A stretch of 64,000 nt of DNA from an uncultured Candidatus Entotheonella sp. (GTDB lineage: Bacteria > Tectomicrobia > Entotheonellia > Entotheonellales > Entotheonellaceae): the NCBI GenBank assembly GCA_965215335.1, contig CBDCDA010000001.1, positions 1,760,001 through 1,824,000 of the forward strand, read 5' to 3'. The notes beneath the pieces were generated by a model that saw nothing but the letters and a program-made list of their open reading frames with translations, ran no database searches and was not told the DNA's origin. This document shows positions 21,749-30,842 of the stretch, one piece after another. The translations under genes and the position numbers were made by a program. Within the stretch, counting starts at the first letter, position 1. Each line of letters starts with the position of its first letter.

Positions 21749-22648
21749 TCAGCCTCGCAGCTCGCCGAATCCCAGGGTGCGCAGCGTTCCGGCGTGTTCC
21801 TTCCAGTTGCGCCGCACGCGCACCACCAGATGCAGCCGCACCGGGCAGTGCAGCAAGCCGCCGATAGCCCGGCGCGCCTGGATGCCGATGGCCTTGATCA
21901 TCTGCCCCTGGCGGCCCACCAGGATGCCCTTCTGCGACGCCTTTTCCACCATCACGCTGGCCTCGATTTCGACCCCGCCGCTCCGCCGTTCGCGGAATTC
22001 CTCGACCTCGACGGCGACGGCATAGGGCACTTCTTCGTGCGTCCGCAGCATCACCTGTTCGCGAATCAATTCGGCGATGAGAAAGCGCTCATTGCGGTCC
22101 GTGGGCATGTCCGGCGGGAAATGCGGCGGGCCTTCGGGAAGGTGGCGCACCAGGCAGTCAACCAGCGCCTCCACGTTGTCGCCGCGCAGGACGGACAGCG
22201 GCAACACCTCGGCGAAGGCGTCTTTGCCGGGATAGTTGGCGATCAGCGGCAGGAGCTGCGACGGCATCATGCGGTCGGTCTTGTTGAGCAGCCAGAACAC
22301 CGCCGCGTCCGGCCGGCGCAGGTGTCGGCGCAGAAACGCCAGGTCGGGATACGGCGCGCGCTTGGCGTCGGTCATGTACAGCACGATCTGCGGGGCGACC
22401 AGCGCCTCGTCGACGGCCTGCATCATGAAACGGCTCAGGCGGGTCTCGCCGCGATGGATGCCCGGCGTATCGAGGAACACCAGTTGCGCGTCGGGAAGAT
22501 TCTTCACCCCCAGGATACGGTGCCGCGTCGTTTGCGGCCTGGGCGTGACGATGGCGAGCTTGGTGCCGGTCATCGTGTTGAGGAGCGTCGATTTGCCGAC
22601 GTTGGGCTCGCCGATGATGCTGATAAGTCCACAGCGCATGATGGGCAC
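21749..22648 (-). CDS. era: GTPase Era
   Basis: GEPNVGKST, PQTTR, DTPG, NKTD, EEVPY, KH domain. Confidence 0.96.
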   Translation of the reverse strand: MPIMRCGLISIIGEPNVGKSTLLNTMTGTKLAIVTPRPQTTRHRILGVKNLPDAQLVFLDTPGIHRGETRLSRFMMQAVDEALVAPQIVLYMTDAKRAPYPDLAFLRRHLRRPDAAVFWLLNKTDRMMPSQLLPLIANYPGKDAFAEVLPLSVLRGDNVEALVDCLVRHLPEGPPHFPPDMPTDRNERFLIAELIREQVMLRTHEEVPYAVAVEVEEFRERRSGGVEIEASVMVEKASQKGILVGRQGQMIKAIGIQARRAIGGLLHCPVRLHLVVRVRRNWKEHAGTLRTLGFGELRG

Positions 22649-24430
22649 TCATGGCACCCGCAAGCCGAGCTCGCGCAATTGGCCGGGGTCTGCTTTGGCG
22701 GGGGATTGCATGAACAGGTCCTGGGCGCGCTGCGTCTTGGGGAAGGCGATGACGTCGCGCAGGCTGTCGCCGCCGGCGAGCAGCAGGCAGAGACGGTCGA
22801 AGCCGAAGGCGAACCCGCCGTGCGGCGGCGCCCCGGCGTCAAGGGCGTCGAGCAGAAAACCGAAGCGCTCGCGGGCCTCGGCTTCGTCGTAGCCAAGAAG
22901 TTCGAGGATTTTGAGCTGCACGTCGCTGCGATGGTTGCGCAGACTGCCGGAACCCATCTCGATGCCATTGATGACCAGGTCGTAATGCGTGGCGCGCACC
23001 TTCAGGGGTGCGCTGGCGAGCAGGTCGATATCGTCCTCGAGCGGGGCGACGAACGGCATGTGCATGTACGTCAGCTGATCGTTGTCGGCCTCTTCGAACA
23101 ACGGGAAGTCGACAACGAAGAGTGCATCCCAGTCGCGTCCATCGCCCCGGCCCAGGCGGTTGCCGATCTCGAGGCGCAGGCGGCTCAGGACGTCATTGGC
23201 GAGGGCCGGGCGGTCGGCGATGAACAACAGCAGGTGGCCGGGACGCAGGCCGGCGCGCTCGGCGATCTGTTGTTGCTCGGCATCGTCCAGATACTTGGCG
23301 ATGGGGGATTGCCACGTGTCGTCGGCGGCGACGCGAATCCACGCCATGCCCTTGGCGCCCCAGTCCTGCACGCGCTCGATCAGCCGGTCCAGCTCGCTGC
23401 GCGACACGGCCTCGGCGTTCGGCACCGGCAGCGCCTTGACGGCGCCGCCCTTGCGCACGGCCTGCGCGAAGACGTTGAAATCGCTGTTGACAAGAATGTC
23501 CGACAGGTCGACCAGTTCGAGCCCGAAGCGCGTGTCGGGGCGGTCGGTTCCGTAGCGCGCCTGCACGTCGGCGAAGCCGTAACGTGGAAACGGGCGCGAC
23601 AACTCCGCGCCGCACGCGTCACGGAACGCCCGCGCAGTCAGCTCTTCGAGGACATGCAGCACGTCGTCGACGCCCACGAACGACATCTCGATATCGATCT
23701 GCGCGAACTCGAGCTGGCGGTCGGCGCGTTGGTCCTCGTCGCGGAAGCAACGGGCGATCTGAAAATAGCCGTCAAAGCCGGCAATCATCAGAAGCTGTTT
23801 GATAATTTGCGGCGATTGCGGCAAGGCATAGAAACTGCCGGGATAGATGCGGCTGGGAACCAGAAAATCACGCGCGCCCTCCGGGGTCGAGCGGTTCAGG
23901 ATGGGGGTCTCGATTTCGTACAGGCCCATGTCGCTGCAGGCGGCGCGAACAGATTGCAGCAGGTGGTGCCGGGTCTTGAGGCGCGCCTGCATGAGCGGTC
24001 GCCGCAGGTCGTGCACACGGTGGCGCAGGCGCAGCGCCTCGCCTACCGCAGCGTCGTCCTCGATGGGGAAGGGCGGGGTCGTGGCCGTGTTGAGGATACG
24101 CAAGTCCGAAGCGATCAGTTCCACCTCCCCGGTGGGCAATTTGGGGTTGATGGCCTCGTCTCCGCGGCGTTCCAGCCGTCCGCTGGCGACCATGACGAAC
24201 TCGGGCCGCAGGCGGCCTGCCCTGTCGTGCGCGGCGGGCGCGGCGTCCGGCTTGAACACCACCTGCGCCACGCCACTGCGGTCCCGCAGATCAACGAAAA
24301 TCACGCCCCCATGGTCCCGCCGACGGTGTACCCAACCGCACAGGGTCACCCCCTCTCCGACATGTTCCGGGCGCAGCATGCCGCAGTAGTGGGTACGACG
24401 CATCGAGCCGAGAGGGTCCAACTGCTTCAC
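22649..24430 (-). CDS. aspS: aspartate--tRNA ligase
   Basis: RTHYCG, RRRDHGG, STPEGARDF, LPQSPQ, RCFRDED, GAPPHGG; GTG start after GGAGG. Confidence 0.96.
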   Translation of the reverse strand: MKQLDPLGSMRRTHYCGMLRPEHVGEGVTLCGWVHRRRDHGGVIFVDLRDRSGVAQVVFKPDAAPAAHDRAGRLRPEFVMVASGRLERRGDEAINPKLPTGEVELIASDLRILNTATTPPFPIEDDAAVGEALRLRHRVHDLRRPLMQARLKTRHHLLQSVRAACSDMGLYEIETPILNRSTPEGARDFLVPSRIYPGSFYALPQSPQIIKQLLMIAGFDGYFQIARCFRDEDQRADRQLEFAQIDIEMSFVGVDDVLHVLEELTARAFRDACGAELSRPFPRYGFADVQARYGTDRPDTRFGLELVDLSDILVNSDFNVFAQAVRKGGAVKALPVPNAEAVSRSELDRLIERVQDWGAKGMAWIRVAADDTWQSPIAKYLDDAEQQQIAERAGLRPGHLLLFIADRPALANDVLSRLRLEIGNRLGRGDGRDWDALFVVDFPLFEEADNDQLTYMHMPFVAPLEDDIDLLASAPLKVRATHYDLVINGIEMGSGSLRNHRSDVQLKILELLGYDEAEARERFGFLLDALDAGAPPHGGFAFGFDRLCLLLAGGDSLRDVIAFPKTQRAQDLFMQSPAKADPGQLRELGLRVP

Positions 24431-24531
24431 CACTGCCTCCGTATGTTGAGATAGCATTTCGGCGGCTGCCGAAGCACCAAGGGTCGAGGATGTTTCAGAA
24501 AGAAAAATCATTGGGCTATGGAGAGCGGAGA

Positions 24532-24560
24532 ATCATATGATGCGTGCCCAGAATCGTCAA
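24532..24560 (-). promoter_or_regulatory. sigma-70 promoter for aspS-era-recO
   Basis: TTGACG-N17-TATGAT on the minus strand. Confidence 0.75.
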
Positions 24561-24727
24561 GATGACCTCTCGTCCAAGACCTCCGAGCATGCCCTGTACC
24601 CGGTGAGTGGCAGGTCTCCGCGTGCACTCGCCCGGCTCAGTCGCTGAGCACACGGTAGCCAGATGCCCCCCGATCAAGGGCAGCCTCGGCCTATCGGGTT
24701 GCCGAGCCGTCCGGCACGATTTTTTTC

Positions 24728-24757
24728 TTGACCTGGCGCAAGCCCTCGCTGTAAATT
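24728..24757 (+). promoter_or_regulatory. sigma-70 promoter for tRNA-Gln/tRNA-Glu
   Basis: TTGACC-N18-TAAATT preceded by a T-tract. Confidence 0.6.
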
Positions 24758-24780
24758 TCGCCCTCGCCTCGTGAACCGGA

Positions 24781-24854
24781 TGGGGAGTCGTACAACGGCA
24801 GTACTCCAGACTCTGGATCTGGCTATCTAGGTTCGAATCCTAGCTCCCCAGCCA
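24781..24854 (+). tRNA. tRNA-Gln(CTG)
   Basis: Acceptor TGGGGAG/CTCCCCA, anticodon arm CCAGA-CTCTGGA-TCTGG, GGTTCGAATCC T-arm, encoded CCA. Confidence 0.97.
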
Positions 24855-24866
24855 ACCGTGGCACAT

Positions 24867-24938
24867 GGCCCTATCGTCTAGCGGTCAGGATATCGGCCTC
24901 TCACGCCGAAGACACGGGTTCGAGTCCCGTTGGGGCTA
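24867..24938 (+). tRNA. tRNA-Glu(CTC)
   Basis: Acceptor GGCCCTA/TGGGGCT, anticodon arm TCGGC-CTCTCAC-GCCGA, GGTTCGAGTCC; CCA not directly encoded. Confidence 0.95.
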
Positions 24939-25009
24939 TCCAAAAATTCCCTCGCCTGATTCTGATTATCCGTCACCCCGCCGAGCGGCATCTCACGAGG
25001 TATACTCGC

Positions 25010-25363
25010 GTGGCCCCGGACCGCATCCCGCAAGCCATTCGCACCCAGGCCGCCGAGCAGGGCGGCGCGCCATGCATGACTCCCGAGGGCGGAGCCTATC
25101 TCGTCATTCCCACGCCGGCGGGAGACCGCGTCTTCGTCAACGACTGCCCGCATCGCCGCCTGCCGTTGGACCGCCGCGGGCGACTGCAGTTTTCCGGCAA
25201 GCCGCGCCTGCTGGTTTGTCCCAACCACGGCGCCAAATTCGAGCCCGAAACCGGCCGCTGCGTCGCCGGACCGTGTTTCGGCAAACACCTTCAACGGGTC
25301 CCCGACCTCGAGGCGCAAGCCACCGACGCTGACGCTTTATGCTATGATCGTGCCGACCCGTAG
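25010..25363 (+). CDS. Rieske [2Fe-2S] ferredoxin-like protein
   Basis: NDCPH...LVCPNHGAKF..G.C..GPC Rieske ligand motifs; start uncertain. Confidence 0.85.
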   Translation: MAPDRIPQAIRTQAAEQGGAPCMTPEGGAYLVIPTPAGDRVFVNDCPHRRLPLDRRGRLQFSGKPRLLVCPNHGAKFEPETGRCVAGPCFGKHLQRVPDLEAQATDADALCYDRADP

Positions 25364-25432
25364 AAGGAAACCGCACCAAGCGTTTCCCGTCTCGACGAAC
25401 CCTTCCCTACTCTAACAGGTATCGCAATCATC

Positions 25433-26896
25433 ATGACAACATTACGCATACGAGGTCTGTACGCGGCTGCACTGACGTCGCTGTTTCGGCAGCATCAACA
25501 GGACTGGGAGATCGTGCAGCCCGACGACGAGGTGCGGGCGTGTCTGCCGGATGACTGGCGGATGGATTTACCGGAGGTCGCTATCGACGAGCAATCCGAC
25601 GCTCAGGGCGTGCGCGACACGCTACGACTGTCGGGGTCGGGCGCCGGCATCGAGGGCGTTCTGCGCGTCCTGCAACAGCATTTCACGGACGTCATCATTC
25701 GCCGGAGCGGCATGCAGGTCGGTTCCATGTACATGGGACTGGTCGGGCTGGTCAGCCGTGAGCGGCGTCAGTCCATCGTGTATCTCGGCGGCCAGTTGTC
25801 CGGGACGCTGCAGATGGGCCCGGACGATCGGGGGCCGGAGGTCGGCGCCCGTATCCCGGTTCGCATCGAGACCTTGGGCGACGGTCCCGACAAGCGTCCG
25901 CAACTCAGCGCCGTGCTCACCGTGCCGGGCCGCTATGCGGTGCTGACGATGGCGCCGGCCGTACGCATCAGCAAGCAGATTACCTCGACGGGGGCGCGCG
26001 AACGGCTGCAACAACTCGGCAATTCGCAAGAAACCAACGGCTGGGGCATCATCTGGCGCACCGCGGCCCAAAACGCGGCGGACGCGGTCCTGAGCGAGGA
26101 AATCGAGGGACTGGTGCAGCAGGCCGGCGACCTGCGCGAGCGCTTGTCGGGCGCCAAGACCCTCGGCTATCTCTACGGTGGCGACGTGAGCACGCAGGTG
26201 GAAATGCCTGGCGACGCCAATCGGCTCTGCGACCACCTGCGCGCTGAATTCCTGCCGACGCTTCCGGGGCATCATAAATACAAAGCCCAGGGCGACGTCT
26301 ATGGCGCCACCGTCGATGCGCTGGAGAAGGAATTGCCTGCCGAGGTGCTGCGCAACCGCACGGCGCCGCTCGGCGTGTTGGCCAGCGTGAACGCCATGCA
26401 GTCCCCGTTGCGCGACGCCCTGCGCGTGCGGATGCGCGGCCTCCGGGAAAGCCGCGCCACGCAATACGAGGGCCAGCGGGTCGCCTACGACCTCGACACC
26501 GGCTGGGTCGAGCTGCGGCAGGAATTACGCAACAAGGACAGCTATCCCGACGGCCTGCGGCTCGACAAACGGCCCGGCGATTACGCCGTCACCCGCTTTC
26601 AGGAAGGCAGTTGGCATTATGTGACGCGGTTCTACGGAAGGCAGGGCGGCTGGAAGGCCGATTACGTAGGCATCGCCACGCCCACGGCCATTTTTTCGGA
26701 TCAGTTGCAGCTCGTGGACCTCGGCGCTGGCGTCTGTCGCAGCCCCGAGCAACCCGCCGAACTCATCGGCGTCGAATCGCTGCGGGAGCAGCGGCGGCAG
26801 GGCCTTGTGTGTGCCGCGCTGGTGAGCAGGGTTCAGGAAGAAGGGGCCGCATTGCTGCGGCGGCTGCGTCAGGAAGACCTGTCCGGCGGCGAGTAG
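25433..26896 (+). CDS. FAU-1-like RNA-binding protein/ribonuclease (RNase G-like N-part plus DUF402)
   Basis: LRIRGLYAAALT, IVQP, TVPGRYAVL, ISKQI...RERL, WGIIWRTAA, PTLPGHH, GDYAVT, all collinear with archaeal FAU-1 as recalled. Confidence 0.85.
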   Translation: MTTLRIRGLYAAALTSLFRQHQQDWEIVQPDDEVRACLPDDWRMDLPEVAIDEQSDAQGVRDTLRLSGSGAGIEGVLRVLQQHFTDVIIRRSGMQVGSMYMGLVGLVSRERRQSIVYLGGQLSGTLQMGPDDRGPEVGARIPVRIETLGDGPDKRPQLSAVLTVPGRYAVLTMAPAVRISKQITSTGARERLQQLGNSQETNGWGIIWRTAAQNAADAVLSEEIEGLVQQAGDLRERLSGAKTLGYLYGGDVSTQVEMPGDANRLCDHLRAEFLPTLPGHHKYKAQGDVYGATVDALEKELPAEVLRNRTAPLGVLASVNAMQSPLRDALRVRMRGLRESRATQYEGQRVAYDLDTGWVELRQELRNKDSYPDGLRLDKRPGDYAVTRFQEGSWHYVTRFYGRQGGWKADYVGIATPTAIFSDQLQLVDLGAGVCRSPEQPAELIGVESLREQRRQGLVCAALVSRVQEEGAALLRRLRQEDLSGGE

Positions 26897-26929
26897 GTGC
26901 CACCGGCATTTTTCCTCTGAGGGGGGTTT

Positions 26930-28123
26930 TCAGTGCAATTGCTGAACGGCTTGATCGAGGCGGTCGAGCCCGGTGCGGAGCGCTTCCATCGACGCAGCGT
27001 AGGACAGACGCAGGTGGTCATCGGCGCCAAACGCCTCGCCCGGCACGAGCGCCACACCCGCTGCATCCAGCAAGTAATCGATCACGTCCGCCGAGTTTGA
27101 CAGGACCCGGCCATTGGCGCGTCGGCCAAACAGGCCGTTGATTTTCGGGAAGGTATAGAAGGCGCCTTGCGGCATGGGACAGGAAATGCCGTCGATGGCG
27201 TTGAGCCGAGCCACCACGAAATCCCGCCGCTCGACGAAAGCCTCGGTCATGGCGTGCACGCTATCCTGCGGGCCGGTGAGGGCCTCGATGGCCGCTATCT
27301 GCGCGAACGCCGTCGGGTTGCTGGTGCTCTGGCTCTGCAAATGGCCGCAGGCGGCGATCACGTCGGCGGGACCGGCGCAAAAGCCCAGGCGCCAGCCGGT
27401 CATGGAGTAGGATTTGGAGAGGCCGTTGACCACGATGCAGCGTTCCTTCAGCTCCGGCGACAGCGTGGCAATGCTGATCTGCCGCAGACCGTCGTATACC
27501 ATGTGTTCGTAAATCTCGTCGGTGATGACGTAGAGGCCGGTGCCGCACAACACGTCGGCGAGGTCCTGCAGTTCTTCGGGAGTGTACACTGCGCCGGTGG
27601 GATTGCACGGACTGTTGAGGATGATGCCCTTCGTCGTCGGCGTCAGATAGCGCCGCAGCACCTCACCGGTAATTTTGAAACCTTCCTCCGCCTTCGTCAG
27701 AATGATCACCGGAACGCCGCCGGCCATCTGCACCTGCGTCGGGTAGGTGACCCAGTACGGCCCGGGAATGATCACCTCGTCACCCGGGTCGACCAGCACC
27801 ATCGCCAGATTGTACAGGACGTGCTTGGCGCCGCACGACACGATAATCTGCTCCGGTTCGTAATGCAGATCGTTTTCCCGCTGCAATTTGTCCGCAATCG
27901 CCTGCCGCAACGCCGGCAGCCCGCTCGCCTGCGTGTACTTGGTGAAGCCCTCGGCCATGGCGTGCTCGGCGGCCTGGATGACGCTGTCGGGCGTGTTGAA
28001 GTCCGGCTCGCCCACGCTGAAATCGATCACGTTGCGGCCCTGGGCGCGCAGGGCCTTTGCTTTGGCGCTGATTGCCAGGGTCTCGGAGGGTTTCAGGTGC
28101 CGGGTGAACTGGGCAAGCTGCAT
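26930..28123 (-). CDS. aspC: aspartate aminotransferase (class I PLP)
   Basis: GEPDFNTP, NSPCNPTG, DEIYE, SKSYSMTGWRLG. Confidence 0.88.
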   Translation of the reverse strand: MQLAQFTRHLKPSETLAISAKAKALRAQGRNVIDFSVGEPDFNTPDSVIQAAEHAMAEGFTKYTQASGLPALRQAIADKLQRENDLHYEPEQIIVSCGAKHVLYNLAMVLVDPGDEVIIPGPYWVTYPTQVQMAGGVPVIILTKAEEGFKITGEVLRRYLTPTTKGIILNSPCNPTGAVYTPEELQDLADVLCGTGLYVITDEIYEHMVYDGLRQISIATLSPELKERCIVVNGLSKSYSMTGWRLGFCAGPADVIAACGHLQSQSTSNPTAFAQIAAIEALTGPQDSVHAMTEAFVERRDFVVARLNAIDGISCPMPQGAFYTFPKINGLFGRRANGRVLSNSADVIDYLLDAAGVALVPGEAFGADDHLRLSYAASMEALRTGLDRLDQAVQQLH

Positions 28124-28140
28124 AGGCTCCTCTTGCGCTT

Positions 28141-28629
28141 TTACGCCTTGCGTTGGTATTTTTCTTTCAAGGCCAGCGCCACCGGCGGCGGCACCAACTC
28201 GTCCACGTTGCCGCCGAACGCCGCGACCTCCTTGATCAAGCGTGACGCCACGTAGGTGTACTCTTCACGCGGCGTCAGGAAGATGGTTTCGATGTCCTCG
28301 TCCAGGCGCCGGTTCATCAGGGTCATCTGAAATTCGTACTCGAAGTCGGCCACGGCGCGCAGGCCGCGGATGATCACGCTGGCCCCTCGTTGCTTGGCAT
28401 AGAAGACCAGCAAGGTATTGGAAAAACTGTCGATCTCGATGTTTTTCAGGCCCTGAATCGACTCCTCGATCAGGCGACGGCGCTCCGGCACGGTGAACAT
28501 CGGCCCCTTCGCCGGATTCTCGAAGATGGCCACGATCAGCTTGTCAAACATGCGCACGGAGCGTTTGATGAGGTCTAGATGGCCGTTCGTGAGCGGGTCG
28601 AACGTCCCCGGGTAAACGGCAGTCGTCAT
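28141..28629 (-). CDS. coaD: phosphopantetheine adenylyltransferase
   Basis: [26 protein letters not shown]. Confidence 0.97.
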   Translation of the reverse strand: MTTAVYPGTFDPLTNGHLDLIKRSVRMFDKLIVAIFENPAKGPMFTVPERRRLIEESIQGLKNIEIDSFSNTLLVFYAKQRGASVIIRGLRAVADFEYEFQMTLMNRRLDEDIETIFLTPREEYTYVASRLIKEVAAFGGNVDELVPPPVALALKEKYQRKA

Positions 28630-28701
28630 TGCTCCCCCCTCCGACAACCCTCCATGGGCACGCCATTCCGAGCTGTCGGCACCCTGTCTCAAACAGGCGG
28701 T

Positions 28702-28730
28702 ATCGTAGAGCAGCCCTCGGGGGCTGTCAA
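28702..28730 (-). promoter_or_regulatory. internal sigma-70 promoter for coaD-aspC
   Basis: TTGACA-N17-TACGAT; the -35 overlaps the rlmN stop codon. Confidence 0.7.
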
Positions 28731-29782
28731 CCGCCGTCCTGCCGCCGGCCCTGCTCCGCATACCGCAACTGGCCGCAGGCGGCGGAGATATCGCGCCCGC
28801 GGCTCTGGCGCACGGAGGCCGACACGCCGTGCTCGACAAGCCAGGTCTGGAAGCGTTGCACGGTGTCATCCGCAGGGCGGCGGTACGGTGCCTCGGATAT
28901 CTCGTTGAACGGCAGCAGATTGACCTTGCAGCACAGGCCCCGTAGCAGCTTGACCAGGCGTTTGGCGTCGACCAGACTGTCGTTGACGTCGCGTAGCAGC
29001 ACGTACTCGAAAGTAATCCGCTGGCGCACCGCCAGGGGGAAGTCGCGGCACGCCTGCAGCAGCCTGTCGATGGGATAAGCCTTGTTGATGGGCATGATGC
29101 GGCTGCGCACGGCATCGGTGGTAGCGTTGAGGGACACAGCGAGATTCACCTTCAGGTCCTGGCGGCCAAACGCTTCCAGGCGGCGGGCCAGCCCCGACGT
29201 CGAAACGGTAATCCGGCGCGGCGAAATGCCCAGCCCCCAGTCGGCTGTCAGAATACGGACCGCCTGCACGGTGCCGCGAAAGTTGTCCAGCGGCTCACCC
29301 ATGCCCATGAACACGATGTTCGTAAAGCCCCGCGCCGGCGTCCGACCCGGTTGCTGAAAATGCAGCACCTGGCCGACAATCTCCCCAGGGCGCAAGCTGC
29401 GTACCAAGCCGCCCTGCGCGGTCAGACAGAACCGGCAGCCCAGGGCGCATCCCACCTGCGTGGAAACGCAAATGGTGCGCTTGTCGCCGCGCGGTATCAG
29501 CACCGTCTCAAACCGGTTGCCGTCCTCGACGCCAAACAGCAGCTTCTCGGTGCCGTCTGCGCTTTGCTGTCGCCGCAGAAGGCTCAGGGTGCTGACGTAC
29601 AACTGCTTTTGCAAGCGTTGCCGCAACGCCTCGGGCAGGTCCGTCATCTGTTGCACGCTGGTGGCCTGGCGCTTGTACACCCACTGACAGACCTGACGGG
29701 CGCGAAAACCCGCCTCTCCCTGAGCGGCGAGGAGGGCCGCAACCTCATCGCGCCGCAGGTCGCGCAGGTCGGTCGGTGACAT
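28727..29782 (-). CDS. rlmN: 23S rRNA/tRNA m2A methyltransferase (radical SAM)
   Basis: [30 protein letters not shown]. Confidence 0.96.
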   Translation of the reverse strand: MSPTDLRDLRRDEVAALLAAQGEAGFRARQVCQWVYKRQATSVQQMTDLPEALRQRLQKQLYVSTLSLLRRQQSADGTEKLLFGVEDGNRFETVLIPRGDKRTICVSTQVGCALGCRFCLTAQGGLVRSLRPGEIVGQVLHFQQPGRTPARGFTNIVFMGMGEPLDNFRGTVQAVRILTADWGLGISPRRITVSTSGLARRLEAFGRQDLKVNLAVSLNATTDAVRSRIMPINKAYPIDRLLQACRDFPLAVRQRITFEYVLLRDVNDSLVDAKRLVKLLRGLCCKVNLLPFNEISEAPYRRPADDTVQRFQTWLVEHGVSASVRQSRGRDISAACGQLRYAEQGRRQDGG

Positions 29783-29951
29783 CCTTTTTGGCTCCTTCCA
29801 TAATGCCGACCATGCAGCAATTGTGGCTTCTCGAGACGGCGGCAAGTGTAGCATATCCCACCGTCCGCAAAGCCCGCCATTCGCCGCCGGGAGCGCCGCG
29901 ATGCTTATCGCTTGCCTCCATTCCCGGGATACCGCGACCCAAATTTGGCGA

Positions 29952-29980
29952 TTGCCAGGCAGGGAGAAACACTATATAGT
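29952..29980 (+). promoter_or_regulatory. sigma-70 promoter for tRNA-Leu
   Basis: TTGCCA-N17-TATAGT ending 20 nt before the tRNA. Confidence 0.7.
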
Positions 29981-29992
29981 GTTTCTCCCTGC
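29959..29992. repeat. 34-bp perfect palindrome
   Basis: GCAGGGAGAAACACTAT|ATAGTGTTTCTCCCTGC equals its own reverse complement. Confidence 0.95.
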
Positions 29993-30000
29993 TTCCTCAT

Positions 30001-30084
30001 GCCGAAGTGGCGGAATTGGTAGACGCGCATGATTCAGGGTCATGTGGGGGTCACCTCGTGGGAGTTCGAGTCTCCCCTTCGGCA
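30001..30084 (+). tRNA. tRNA-Leu(CAG)
   Basis: Acceptor GCCGAAG/CTTCGGC, anticodon arm CATGA-TTCAGGG-TCATG, long variable arm, GTTCGAG T-loop. Confidence 0.96.
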
Positions 30085-30324
30085 TCATCCGCTCACATAT
30101 CCGATTGCTGCTTCACCTTCCGACCCTTGGGGCCGGACCCCGCCAACTGCTGCATGATCGCCCCTCGGACCGGCGTCTGTGGCCCGAAGCGCTACGGTTT
30201 TGTTATACTCCGGGCCGTAGACCTTCAAAACCTCGTACACAAGGTGCCAGGGAATTCGCTGCGGGGCGAAACGGTTTTAAGGGCATGCCTCCATGAAGGG
30301 GGCCGGAAAGAAAGGAGGAAGCAC

Positions 30325-30798
30325 ATGACACTGCCAAGGAAGAGAAGCGGGTGGCAGGCGGCGCTTGGGATTCTGATTGTTGTCGGCATCCTCGTGCCGG
30401 CGACGGCCATGGCCGTCAAGCCGATCAATTCCAGCCTGCTGAGAGGGGCGATCAAGGGGTACGATCCGGTGGCCTATTTCAACCAGGGCGAGCCGGTGAA
30501 GGGCAAGGGCGCTCACGGCTACGAGTGGATGGGCGCCACCTGGTACTTCGCCAACGCGGGGAACATGGAATTGTTCGCAGGCGACCCGGAGAGGTACGCG
30601 CCCCAATACGGCGGCTACTGCGCTTACGCGGTGAGCCAGGGTCATACCGCAAAGATCGACCCGGACGCCTGGAAGATCGTCGACGACAAGCTCTACCTGA
30701 ACTTCAGCCTCAAGGTGCAGAAGCTCTGGGAGCAAGACATTCCGGGGTATATCGCCAAGGCTGACGAGAACTGGCCGAAGATCCTGAGCGGCAACTGA
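30325..30798 (+). CDS. secreted YHS-domain protein (Cys form)
   Basis: Signal peptide, GYDPVAYF, PERYAPQYGGYCAYAVS, LYLNF; AGGAGG RBS. Confidence 0.88.
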   Translation: MTLPRKRSGWQAALGILIVVGILVPATAMAVKPINSSLLRGAIKGYDPVAYFNQGEPVKGKGAHGYEWMGATWYFANAGNMELFAGDPERYAPQYGGYCAYAVSQGHTAKIDPDAWKIVDDKLYLNFSLKVQKLWEQDIPGYIAKADENWPKILSGN

Positions 30799-30842
30799 TC
30801 CGCCTCTTACCCTCTCCGGTGGTGCGCCGCCGGAGAGCCCCT

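Noticed and set aside
24600..24625. GGAGACCTGCC on the minus strand resembling a cobalamin riboswitch 3' motif
   Set aside because: Other conserved elements (GGGAA, GCCACTG core) were not found, and it lies upstream of the aspS promoter with no B12 gene downstream
30007..30324. Extended N-terminus of the YHS ORF
   Set aside because: It overlaps tRNA-Leu; the real start is ATG 30325 with AGGAGG
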